A stretch of 64,000 nt of DNA from Polymyxa betae A26-41 (taxonomy: Eukaryota; Protista; Endomyxa: Phytomyxea). Positions 52,622 to 64,000 of the stretch are shown here, piece by piece. Position numbers and translations under genes: made by a program. Each line of letters opens with the position of its first letter. The stretch's first letter is position 1. The DNA lies in assembly GCA_003693705.1 (NCBI GenBank), contig RBZT01000959.1, positions 1 through 64,000 of the forward strand. Reading direction: 5' to 3'. The notes below the pieces were generated by a model. It had not been told where the DNA came from. It did no database searches and worked only from the letters and a program-made list of their open reading frames with translations.

Positions 52622-53489
52622 TTAATCAAATGTATTGAAGATGACGGTGATGCGTTCGCACTAGGTAGGTTACAGACATCATCTTAAATCTATCAATATT
52701 ATCATAGTACACAATTATCAGCATTAGACTATCACATCTCGTTATGTTTCAATCAGAATGTATTATATACTGCATCGGGTGCAAATTATAGATAGTAGCC
52801 ACTTCGCTACAGATTCGGAATTTTCAGCAGTGAGATAGCCTGAAAGCGATGAAAAGATCGTACTTGGGCCAGTGGCTGTTTCTGCGCCATAAACAGACTG
52901 GATAAATTCTGTGGAATGGTAAATGGGTGACAGCCAAGACGAGAGTATCATCAGCATGGATCGAACACGCCACCTTACATAGTGTGTATGTTGCTCTCTC
53001 TGTTTTCAAATCCGGTTGGAACTGGGTCAATAACGTGAGCAACTGATATACAGCCACTACCTTTGTAGACCTTCTGCATAATGATATCATGCTGAAAATA
53101 CCAGACACGAATGAGGTTGGGTCTCACAACTTCTTAAATCTTCGTTACAGCTCCAGACAGATGATATCCGGTCATTGTTGCTACACAATCAGTAGAGCTT
53201 GTCTCTCCACAAAGGACCGGCTGTGTCGAACAATCTTGGGAAATTTCGAACATCGCCAGACTAGCTAGTGTTTCAACCAGAAAACGGGATTGTAAACAGA
53301 TGAAGATTCTTCTTAGCCAATTGTGATAGTTATGACGATTTGAGGGAGACGAAAACGATGCACCACGACCAAGACGATTTTGCAAACTTCTCTCATTCAT
53401 TCTTACGCAAGCTAGGGTCAATCGATTGGAACATACATAACAATAAAAGCGGCAATGTATTAGTATGAAACCCCAAAAGTAAGATGTAC

Positions 53490-55200
53490 CTATCCACCGA
53501 TGGAATATTGAATGATCTCACAGTCCAAATTTCTAAGGTTCAACAGAACCGTTTGCCCGCTCTCGGCAAATCGCGGTACAGCTATAAGTCTGACAGTATG
53601 CCCTTCCGGTGTCGTAATCAAGCGAGAATCAAACTAGAGCGAAATGCATCATTGATCCGATAAACAGCATACGAATGGTTAACCTTGGACTGATTCCCGG
53701 CAATGTAGACGTGAGGTGAAGGAGAGAGTGAATCTGAATCTCCAATAATAAACGGATCGCGATCATTGAATGGCAAACAATGCAGTGTATCTGGGCATGT
53801 GGGACATGATATCCTCCAACGATAGGTCGCCTCAATGATATCAATCTCAGACATAGAATCTGTGTATTCTAAAATATCGTGGACATTTTGACCTGAACAC
53901 AGAAATAAGCCCGATTGCAGAAGGAGTTTTAGAACCCAACCAGAAGTTGCATATAACGAGATGCCATCAACAGAGAGTTTGGCAGGATTTGGCATTAAGT
54001 TCAAAGAAGATAAACGTGATGACCGTGGCAGAAACAATGGATTATAAGGCTGCTGAGGTAGAGCAACATTGGTCGGATCCATAAAACCAGGCATCAGATC
54101 CACATCCATACTATTGCATAATCTCTCTAATAGCCTGATTGAGAGCATCAGTTCTAGATAATCGCAAATATTACTCTGCATACAGATCTAAACATCGTAA
54201 GGCTGGCAAAGTTTGAGATGCCGCAATCGTGCCGATTTTTTTTGGTCGGGCAGCCAGGCCAAGATCTTCTGGTAGTTCATTGCGCATCTCGATGGAATCA
54301 CCACAGATGACGACTCGAGAGACCAACCTCAGAGCATGATCAGATTGAGAGTCAGCAATCACACCTAAAGAGAATAACTCAGACTGCGGTCGAAGACATC
54401 GCTGGGTATTACCAGTGATATGATCAGCCATAAGATGTGGAAGGATGGAGTGGTTGCCACAATGAAGACCAGAAACAAGCAAAATAAATTTGTCTGCTGA
54501 CAGTGATGGCAACGGGTTTGGAATTAATGCAGGATGTATCAGTTCATGGACATAGAATTCTCCAGAAGCCAGCAAACGGCCACGAGCGCCCAGAACAATT
54601 CCCGTAACGAGACGGTCGATATCGACGTCACCAGATAATCTTAAACGAGCATGCTCATCTTCAAGTTCAACATGATCATCATCTGACACGAAGCGACCAG
54701 CTAGCTTCGTTTTGTTGATAACAGTCTCTTTAGCAACCGCCTAAATAACATAGTCAAAGACACAGATACGCGTGGTACAATTGATTTCACATTTTCAGCA
54801 GTATATTCATCAATGACAGATGGCTTTAGCTTCATATTCTTGTAAACGGTTCCAAAAATGATGCAATCAATGTTATCTTCTATTTCTAAAAGCGAATTGC
54901 AAAGCTTCACCTATACCCATCATCAAATAACGCAAGCCTGGAAGAATCACTTCAGACCTTGCGTTCATCAATATTCATGCTATTACATCTATCAATAACC
55001 ATCTTGCGAACTTGCACTAGACGAATGAAATACAAAGAAGAGTATTGGGGTGCAAACTTGATCTTGACGATATCAAACTCTGATGCATTATCAAATTTTC
55101 TTCGAAGATCAAGCAGCTGTTATGCCGACTTTGATTATCATATTGGCATTCTGACAACAACCGAGTTGTGTGATGCTGCTCGTCGTCGTTTGCGGCTAAA
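53490..55200 (-). CDS. POLD2: DNA polymerase delta small subunit (multi-exon; start approximate)
   Basis: QYSSLYFIRL, GTVYKNMKLKPSV, LEDEHARL, MPGFMDPTNVALPQQP, CPTCPDTL.CLPF.DRDPF and PHVYIAGNQ. Confidence 0.93.
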
Positions 55201-55468
55201 TCATAAAGAGGATTTGCAGATGCAATCGTCTGGGTTGGCAAGTCATGCGTTTGTGATAGTAAATCTATAATGGCGACCATGATGGAACTGGAAAGACAAC
55301 AAATGAAGAGAGATGATGTCCGCATCATATCATCACAACAATTTTCAAATTCAGACCCTCTACCTGCTTCATACTGGTTTTTCGAATTATTTCAACAGAT
55401 ATCATGTGGTTTATATCATGAATTGAACCATCGATATTGAGTCAATCAGTCATTTTGTTATAACCAGC

Positions 55469-55696
55469 ATGAGGAATAATGGCTTGGTCGCCTCTCTTAT
55501 ATTAATCTCGATTGTATGGTGTTGCTCACTATCCTCAGCCTTCAGTGGCAGTTGGGGCACCGGGTCCACCGCTCTAGCTGATGCTAAAGCTAGCGCGATG
55601 AAATCGATCGGCAATGTGAATAGCCCTCCCGATTTCAAATCTCAAGCTCAAAAGTTCGCCACCGATTTCTTCACTAACCATACTACGAAGCAGTAA
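55469..55696 (+). CDS. Small secreted protein (75 aa)
   Basis: Basic N-terminus, hydrophobic core LVASLILISIVWCC and a likely cleavage site after SSA. It fills the POLD2-VPS16 spacer. Confidence 0.6.
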   Translation: MRNNGLVASLILISIVWCCSLSSAFSGSWGTGSTALADAKASAMKSIGNVNSPPDFKSQAQKFATDFFTNHTTKQ

Positions 55697-55850
55697 AATG
55701 ATGCCAAGTTTGTATAATAGAACCCAATACCCATAGTCTTATATCAATCCAATACTATAAATGATTCTTTTACAACCAGACCTTAAGGTATTTGGATGTT
55801 GCGTGGTGTACTGGTGTGGCCCCTGCTGCACTTTCACATGATTAAAAGCC

Positions 55851-58800
55851 ATGTCAGAGACAGGAGATTGGCAGCTGGTTCATGAGAGATACTATCGGCG
55901 GCGTCATGTCTGCTCCATGCAATGGCCATTTCATATAAATCTTTCGCATAATCGCCATCACCATCTATCAGCGGCATCGTATTCCGGGCCATTCGGTTAG
56001 CGGCATGGTGTGCAGCTATACTGTTCGTTGATGGTTCTGCTGTTGTAGCGTATCTCAATACTTCGGCTAGGACGCCCGAACTCAGCATCTTTTCTCCTAA
56101 TGGGATTCTCATTTCTTCGTTACATGTAAAACGTTGGAGTCTACATTAGATGGTTTTGTGATATTGTTGTATGCAGTGGAAGTATAACAATCTGCTTAAG
56201 ATGGCTTGGTCTGACGATCTTCAGCTGATCTGTGTACTGACGTAAGTGTTTGCTGCTAAACATAAATCATGTTTGTATTGGCTTAAGTGCTTAACAAACC
56301 GAATAGAGATGGCCGAGTGTTCGTATTTTCGCTACATGGGGAGCTTGAAAATCAGTTTATTTTAGGAAAAGTATTCGATGCCTTTTATCTATCAACTTGG
56401 AAACCAATTTTTGCTGTAGGAGTCGACAACGTATGGCGTTCATGATTGTTGCATTTCCGAGAACTACATTGTGGCAGTACTCGAGGTAATCGAATCCATC
56501 TATGAAATGTTGAAACTGATGCAATTCAGACGACGCATGAGCTCGTCTTGTTTCGTGACTTTACGAACCCGATTCGAATTGGATTAGCTCAACCCGATTT
56601 GCATCGAGCTGAGCCACCTACAGCTTTAACAATGGTGATCAATCAAGATCGAACAAACGATGGCGACTCGGCACCTTCAGTGACCGTTATTTTAGCGTCA
56701 CAATCGGGAACCATGCTGACCTGTGATGAACAAAAATCTGAAGACCAGGTCTAACAACCAGCTTCCTGCTTTGGGCCATAATAATTTGTAAGCAGTTGTT
56801 GACCCAAGGACCTTTTCGGTTGCTGGCGGTATCGCCAGATGGCCAGAAATTAGCATGCTTCGACTCGCACGATACACTGCACTGCATCACTCGAGACTTT
56901 AGAAGAAGCATTTTTGAATTTGGAACGAACACGAGCTCAACTCCAGTGGAGTTGAACTGGTGCACGAACAATGCTGTAGTTATCACTTTTGATACTGTAA
57001 AGCCAATTATCATTTGGTGAATCCGTCCTTTTTGCTCATTTCTGCAGCATTTACTGTTAGTTGGCGAACTGGGTTACAGTTTCCTCTCGTTTCCTTATAG
57101 CATTGCGGCTCGCGTGTTTGCTGAAATCGATGGTGTCCGGGTCGTCACCGCTACGGTGACTGAATTTATTGAACAGGTTACACAAATCTTGTCTTATGTT
57201 TGTTTAAAAACTGTTTTCATTGATTTTTTCAGGTCCCCAAGTCTACAGAATCTATTTTCACAATAGGAAGTATCTCACCCGGCGCCATGCTTTATGATGC
57301 AGCAGAGGCACTTGAAAAACAATACGAAAACGTAGACGAAGCATTGCGGTCCCTTGTTTCAGGTTCTGCTAATGGTTTCCTAACAAAACTAAGATCTCAT
57401 CTATTTTGTTCTCCAGATCGCACTGCGATAATCGACGCTATTAATACCTGTTTGGACGCAGCCAAGCATGAATTTGATCCAGTTCGCCAGAAACGGCTAC
57501 TAAAAGCGGCTTCAGTTGGAAAATTATGCTATGACACACATCGTAATAAGATTGACGTAATTACTGTATTTTCATGAGGAACATAACATTCATCATATAT
57601 CCTCTTAGGAGAGTATTTGTGAAATCGATCGAAATATAATCCGGGACATCTGTGTTTTATTGAGAGTTTTAAATGCTGTACGTACCCTATCTATCCCGAT
57701 TACATACGAGCAATTCATGGCGCTAACACCGGATAGATTTGTCGATCGTCTTAATTCACAGAACGGTATGGCATGATTGTGATTCTTAAGTGTCCTGCTC
57801 ATCATCGATAATGTAATATTATAGTGCATGATCTCAGTCTGGCGATTTGCAATTTACTTCAATTGGATAGTAGCCGCGTCTTACTGCATTGGGCTATCAG
57901 TAAAGTCAAACATCGCCCTGCGGAATCCGATTCCACTGAAGACAAACAGCTTGCACACATTATTGTGCAAAAACTTAAGGTAATTTACAATCCTTATGTC
58001 GTCAACATTCAGTCAGTTTTAGTCGTTCGCAAACATATCGCTTGCACCTATAGCATCAGCTGCCTATCGTGCGCATCGCCCGGCTTTAGCATTAACTGTA
58101 AAGCTGCCTTCTTCTGTTTGTTGACGACATCTCAGTTCTTTTTAGCTTTGTGAACATGAGATCAAAGTTCATCTTCAAGTCCCTTTGCTGATATCTATGA
58201 ACGAGGAAGAATCCGCTCTGGACAAAGCCATTGAAAGTGGCGACACAGATTTAGGTGCGAGTGTTCGTTGCTTTTAACCCTTCGATTTGAACACCTGCTT
58301 AGTTCATCTTTGTCTTTTACATCTGCGTCGATCTCGCTCCTCGTCAGCTCTTTTCTCGGTTCTTCGGAATCGACCATTAGCTCAAGCATTGCTTCTCCAA
58401 TATGCCAAGCAGTCTCAAGACATCGAACTACTTAAAAGCACTCTTGCAGCCTTACAAATGTCACGGACTGCTGGTATGACAGCCATTGAACAGGCATGCT
58501 ACTCAGAATGAACAGTAATCAGAACTCTTATTGAAGTTACCAGGCATACCAGCAAAACGATACTACCACCTGCATACAACACTTACAATTAGCTGGACAG
58601 TTTTTGAACCAAGACAAAAGGGATCCGTTTTTTGCAGTTTCCACAATGGAACATGTTAAACTTTTGCAGGTTATTACGGTTATCATGTTTTTCTAGGATG
58701 CGCTAATCTTTCTTAGATCCAGTTAAGTTTAGGTCCAGATTCGTCACATTTGGTCGGGAAATCGGTTAGCGAGACCATTGAGTATTTCTTGTCCACAAAG

Positions 58801-59337
58801 CAGGTTGCTCAAGCCTCAAAGATCCAGACAATGTTCAAAGTTCCTGCTAAACGGTATCGTAGAAACCCATAAATTGCAAGTCCGTATCACTGATCTTCGC
58901 AAGGTTCTGGCACATACAGGTCCAAGTTTATGCCCAAAATAGCAAATGGGCAGCATTATATTCTCTTGTAGCTCTATGCTAGACGCAAAGCTTCCAACTA
59001 AGAATGGATAGGTTGACCGGAAAAAGATGCCCCCTGTTGGCTATACTCCATTTATCGAAGCCTGCCTAACGGCAAACAATGTCCAAGAGGCCGTTCGCTA
59101 TATTGAACTGCTAAGCGATATCGCAGAGCGAATGGAATGGTTGTGTAATATTGGCAAGTAAGATCGTCAAGTCTGGAATCCATACTAGAGCTTAAAACTG
59201 TTCAAAGATGGGAGCATGCGGCTAAATTAGCGATCGCCAATCTTGATGTTGACGCACTACAAACCATTCGTGCTAACTGCAACGAACAGAAAGTCATTGA
59301 TTTGGTTAGCAGGGCCTTAACACGCCTTCAGGGATAA
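55851..59337 (+). CDS. VPS16: Vacuolar protein sorting 16 (HOPS/CORVET; multi-exon)
   Basis: GDWQLVHERYYRR...MQW, AKSPSPSISGIV, EIDGVRVVT, QKRLLKAASVGK, KAIESGDTDLVHL and FKVPAKRFW. Confidence 0.92.
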
Positions 59338-60530
59338 ATTTGTCTGCATGCGGTTGATGAAGCGCATGAATTTTCCGAGAAGATACTTCGTTCCACAGGG
59401 CTTGTTTTCGTCGGATCATCGTTTTATCGCCTCGGTGACATTTGCAATTTAGTCTTACACTTCCGAATCAAACTAAAATTTATATTATTGCTTAGCCTTG
59501 ACTCTGGATGCGACCAGTACCGGCTACAGAGTGTAATGTATAGACAAGAACATCTTTCTAAATGTCATTATCATCGGTTTGTATTATCTCGGTTTATATC
59601 ATGATCAGTTGTTTTCATATTATAACCTATAAGCCTAACACATACTTTGACTTGATGACTGCTGCTGATATTTTCATATGTAGAGCCATTTCTTAGTCTG
59701 AAACCATTTTCCAAAATGGTTAAACGCTTTTGTTGACTTTCCCTGCTCCTTCCTGACCTTATTTACCGATAACGTACGATATCTATCACTGTTATAGTCA
59801 GGGTGTGAGGTCTCGCGCCGCATAAGAAATATCTTCTAACCTCAAAACGGAGCAGTTTCCCAAACAAGCTGTGATTGCCCTTTGTCGATCAATTACGTTG
59901 CTACAACCTGATTTAAATCTTTTGTAAGTTCATCCAGAGCTTTTTACTGAAAGAAATTATTCTGTTATGGATAAACAGAACGCTACAGAGTTATGGCATT
60001 GGTGGTCAGGATTAAACTGTTAAGTTTCATGCACTGAACAACTTTCCATAATCCTGGCTAAGAAAGATTCTTCACAATGAACCTTCTCAGGCCGCCATGT
60101 CGCGATTGTTAATTCTTCAACTGGTGCATTCAAATGTCAGACTTCATTGTACACGGTTTAACTCCAACGAAATCAATAAATTTCATATAAATAATCTCAT
60201 TTAGCAAAAGAATTACATCGACACAAAGGTACTGCTTAATTATTGTATTTATCTTTAAGCTGAAAACATAGAAATACTTAGGGCTCCGATCGGGTTCGGT
60301 TAATTAACCTTAAAGTTGAATTTATCAACATCATCTCCCAGATTGACGATTGTTTGGGAGTTGATCACACGTCATACAGCAATTTGATATCGTCATATAG
60401 AAATATTTGTGCTTTTTAAAAAAAAATGATTCTTGGGTCAGCTTAACACGAATTGCAGTTTTCTTGTTTCTGTTCAGATCTATTTCAAGCGTCAGTTTGA
60501 CAACAAATAGTAATAAGACCCGCCAGTATC

Positions 60531-61475
60531 TTACTCTTCAAAAATGGTTTCTTTTTGCAGAGTCTTGTCCCATTTCCAAGGATTCAGTAAGGCATTCATC
60601 TTAGCATGATGGCCAACCAAATGATTAGCATGAACTATAACAGGACCATGTGGATGTTGCTGCCAATCATATCCATCATGAAACATGGTTCTCCCACTGG
60701 CAAATTTCCATTTAGGCACCATGTACAGGTCAAGCTGTCGCCGATCTAAAAGTTGGGTCATTGCTCGACCTAATGCATGCTGATCATCATGAGATGGATC
60801 TCGTGCACATTCATCAGACCAGGCCCTGAGCAAGACCCGAGATTCTTGATTGCCAGTAAAATAAATCAGGCATGAGCACCAGTTTGATGGATTGCCTTCT
60901 TCTGATATGATAACACTTGTACCAGGGAACTGCTTTAGAATGGCATCAAATTCGTCGAATGGATTACGACGGTAGAACGTGTCAATATCTGAGTAAAACA
61001 CAGCATAACCCAGATTGACGATTGCTTGAATGAAAGACGGTCTTGTTCGAGTTAGTTGATTAAAAAGATCAGTACCCCATTGGGCAACGCCGCCCAGATC
61101 TTGGGCGAATAACGGCATCAATAGGCGCTCATGATATTCATCATATAGGTTCTTGTAGGTCGTCTCGTCAAGCGCAACAATGACAATGTTTCTCACACCA
61201 ACATTGGAAGCTGAACGTCTCCAGGCATGGAACATGTCGATATAACCAGAATTCACACCAACCACTGTTAAGCGATTATTCTGATCAGCTATTTTGTCAA
61301 GCATAGATAAAGTGGGCGGCCACGATTGCTGTTGTGCTGGGAGAGACCTTCGATTAAAGCTGTGGCCATTGAAATGTAATTTGTTGGTCATCAAAGTAAT
61401 TATCAAGCATGATGAAGCAAGAAAAATCGTGACGATAAGCAAAATCAACCGCCGATAGGTGTAGAAACTCGACAT
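60531..61475 (-). CDS. Intronless nucleotide-diphospho-sugar transferase (GT77-like), type II membrane protein
   Basis: N-terminal TM anchor, VALDE, LGYAVFYSDID (DxD), RNPF, DDQHAL and IVHANH..G...K. Confidence 0.88.
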   Translation of the reverse strand: MSSFYTYRRLILLIVTIFLASSCLIITLMTNKLHFNGHSFNRRSLPAQQQSWPPTLSMLDKIADQNNRLTVVGVNSGYIDMFHAWRRSASNVGVRNIVIVALDETTYKNLYDEYHERLLMPLFAQDLGGVAQWGTDLFNQLTRTRPSFIQAIVNLGYAVFYSDIDTFYRRNPFDEFDAILKQFPGTSVIISEEGNPSNWCSCLIYFTGNQESRVLLRAWSDECARDPSHDDQHALGRAMTQLLDRRQLDLYMVPKWKFASGRTMFHDGYDWQQHPHGPVIVHANHLVGHHAKMNALLNPWKWDKTLQKETIFEE

Positions 61476-62049
61476 CGCTTAGAGAATAAATTGAGAATCT
61501 GGGAGCAAACAGACTGATTTTGTTCTGTCTCTGCTACTTGAATTTCAGTGCTTGAACCATGAGAAGGTCGTTGACGTTGTTGCAGAACCAGTCACAGGAG
61601 CTGAGGCCAGCCCAGGCAGCTAATGCCCAACACGTACAAATCGATGTGAGCTTTGCTATTCTCAGAGCTCGTCTTACTGGCTTTCTTATCTTACTAACCG
61701 TCAAGGGCGAATCCGCACCGAATCCAAAGTCCCGCTATAAATTTGACATTTCCCAGACTTGCAAGGAACAATGATACTAGATAGTAGATTTGTTTCTAAG
61801 TAGTTTCATATCTGATAACAAAAGAAACAAGTGAACTTTGACAGAATGGCGATGGTAAAAATTGGATTTAAAGTCTAAAGTGAGTGGAAATGCTAAAAGG
61901 GTTTATAATACAACTATGTGTACAGATAAAATGGAATAAACAAGTTTAAAACAAAGGTTTAGCGCTCTGGTGAACGACGCAGGAATCTATTTATCGTTTA
62001 TCACATACAATGGTTGTGTAAAACTCGGTTAACAAAGTATTGATCCCAA

Positions 62050-62658
62050 ATTAGATTCGACCTCAAAACTCTCCCTTATTAGCCAATCGATAGTTGGCAT
62101 GAGCAAACATCGCCACACTTCAATTCTATGATGATTGCCTAGTTGATTGTAACAATCCTGTCTAACCTGATCGTTTCGTGTTGGGACTCGAATTGAGAGA
62201 TAAACCAAAAAGCTGACCTCGGGTAGCAATATCGATTTCCGTTATACTGACTGGAAAGAATGATGCGGTCAGATGACATTCTTGAGCCAGATCCGGTAAT
62301 ATAACCTGGATCGTGGAATCACCAACTTCAGGTTTGCTTTAAATACTCACCATACCAAACATACTTTGTATACGATGGGAATCAATTGGGATTTGGTTAT
62401 TAAACGGTGTTTGCAGGCAGTCAGATGGCAAATGTGCTTTACCAGAAATGTTAAAACGAGTATCTATGATACCGTCAAACATTGGAATATCAAATGTGAT
62501 TTCTCGTGTGTAATGATATCCCTAAGGCTCACTTTCATTTGGTTGAATTTCTACATGTCTCTGTGATACGATTCCCTGTTTAAACACTTCGGCGGTGGAA
62601 TGAGACTTTGAGCTGGAAGGTTGTCTATTAAGGCGCCTGCTAAACGACTGTCTCACAT
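62050..62658 (-). pseudogene. Degenerate major-capsid-protein-like ORF (Polinton-like virus/virophage type)
   Basis: Manual translation: M*DSRLAGALIDNLPAQSLIPPP-fs-GIVSQRHVEIQPNESEP*GYHYTREITFDIPMFDGIIDTRFNISGK...IQSMFGMVSI*...TGLLQS-fs-IIIELKCGD. The motif order resembles the first jelly-roll of PLV capsids. It has stops and frameshifts but no introns. Confidence 0.55.
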
Positions 62659-63067
62659 AATTCTTAATTATAACTAATATTATTTTTATTCAAAGAATGG
62701 TCAATGACTCTATCATAGTCAGAGTCAGTGTACTCGACGTTCCTGAATGACTTTGGCGTATGTCTACCACATACAACTTTCGTAAGAAATCAAATTTTAA
62801 TTCCAAAGTGCTATAGTCAATGGAGGTATCAGAGGTACCTACTCGCAAGTGAGGTGTATATAATAAACAACATTAAAATTTAAATTCTTCACTGGTCTCA
62901 CGATTAATGAGTTCCAAGTCAATCAAAGCACAAAAAATAGAATTCTCTATTATAAAAAGGTACGTCTTTAAGTGAGTCCATTTGTACAGTAATAAATATT
63001 TCTCGTTTTCAATTATTTTTATTCTGTGAATTACTAACAAATTTATTGACAAATAGTAATAAATATT

Positions 63068-63512
63068 ATGGTGGTGTCATTTAAAGACCTTAAAAGTGTA
63101 GGCAAACGGCTCTTGCAAAACATCAATATCGCTAATGCTAAAAAAGCATTAGCTGTGACCAATGACGTACAAGGAGTTATAGATAAATATGATTCGGACA
63201 TCGTTCGTAGGGAATTATATCAACGTGCAAGGCTTGGAATTAGAGCAGGAGACAACATTTTGAACAGAGGCGGTGTGTTGTCCCACCAGAATCAAAAGTA
63301 GACCTGTTTATAGAGGAACAGAACGAGCATTGGCCGAGCAGATTGCACAAGACCTAAAGCCATCGAGAACGGAACGTTCTCTCGACGGCCTGCGGCCGGA
63401 GTACGACAACCAAAAGTTCGACGTGCTACTATTGCCTAATTGTTTAATAAAGACCTACTATAATATTATCTTGAATTATAATCAAATTAAAATCAAAGGT
63501 AATTCAATATGA
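63068..63512 (+). pseudogene. Frameshifted intronless basic protein with N-terminal amphipathic helix (virus-like)
   Basis: Overlapping ORFs 63068-63301 and 63273-63512 join near 63290. N-terminus SFKDLKSVGKRLLQNI. AT-rich leader. Confidence 0.45.
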
Positions 63513-63585
63513 CCCCCCATTTTTTGTTGGAATTTAATGTAAATAAAAGTGTGTACAACACTAAATTTATATACACTAAAATTAA

Positions 63586-64000
63586 ATGTTTACACGAAGC
63601 CTGACAAATACACGAAGATTGACGGTTGACGTATTAACTGGAGTTACATTCAATGACATTGAAAATGAAGCTTATTTGCTAGGAATTTCTAGTATCGATA
63701 CAATAAATGACGTGAATGATTTTAAGATTGTAAGTGGTATATCAATAGGTAATTTAGATACTCAATTAGACGGGTACCACCGGGTACTAAGTGGCGTTTC
63801 AATAAATTCATTAGACATTCGGGTAGATCAGTACCAATTACTAAGTGGTAATACAAGCATTAGTAATATTGATATCCAGATAGATTGTTATCAAGTGTCC
63901 TCTGGTGTTAGTCTGAGCATTATACAAGTACGAGACAACTTTCTTCCGAATGAAATAGATTCCATCGTTACCTCTCCGGAATTAGTTCTGGGAATATCGA
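63586..64000 (+). CDS. Intronless repeat (fibre-like) protein, truncated by the window end
   Basis: 138 open codons from ATG 63586 (MFTRSLTNTRRLTVDVLTG...) with ~18-19-aa repeats SG[IV]SIxxLDxxxDxYxx. It is absent from the ORF track because no stop is reached. Confidence 0.65.
   Translation, partial: MFTRSLTNTRRLTVDVLTGVTFNDIENEAYLLGISSIDTINDVNDFKIVSGISIGNLDTQLDGYHRVLSGVSINSLDIRVDQYQLLSGNTSISNIDIQIDCYQVSSGVSLSIIQVRDNFLPNEIDSIVTSPELVLGIS

Larger units (their letters stand above)
62000..64000. mobile_element. Probable endogenous Polinton-like virus fragment (left boundary uncertain; continues beyond the window)
   Basis: Abrupt AT-rich, intronless region with capsid-like, amphipathic and repeat-protein ORFs separated by AT-rich spacers. 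Confidence 0.55.

Noticed and set aside
52763-53421. Minus-strand ORFs between GPC1 and POLD2
   Set aside because: May be a small gene, but there is no motif or reliable exon structure to support a call.
62050-62658. Alternative genetic code explaining the in-frame stops
   Set aside because: All three stop types occur together with frameshifts, and host genes use TAA, TAG and TGA as normal stops. Decay is the simpler explanation.

Overview
Compact, intron-rich eukaryotic nuclear DNA (about 40% GC, introns mostly 45-65 nt, short intergenic spacers, many head-to-head gene pairs). The ORF track fragments nearly every gene, so coordinates below are spliced gene spans read by hand. The style fits a non-fungal, non-plant protist, possibly Phytomyxea/Rhizaria, but that is a low-certainty inference. 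The core holds about 30 genes, including GNPDA, IKS1-like kinase, ATG1, CDT2, a CM1 gamma-tubulin receptor, TCF25, BCAT, HtrA/Deg, cytosolic HSP70, MDP-1, CDK1, RPN11, histone H1, SmE, ITFG1/TIP, UXS1, RPL38, GPC1, POLD2, VPS16, a GT77 glycosyltransferase and one tRNA-Ile(UAU). The left end carries a foldback MITE with AAACCCT motifs and a deleted plant-type (DD39D-like) mariner element. The right end (about 62.0-64.0 kb) switches to AT-rich, intronless DNA. It contains a decayed ORF resembling a Polinton-like-virus major capsid protein, a frameshifted amphipathic-helix gene and an open repeat/fibre-like ORF. These probably mark the edge of an endogenous DNA virus, and the ORF track misses most of it. 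Also seen: three GC-AG introns, a bidirectional heat-shock-element array and E2F-like motifs near cell-cycle genes. All family assignments come from motif recognition, not database searches.
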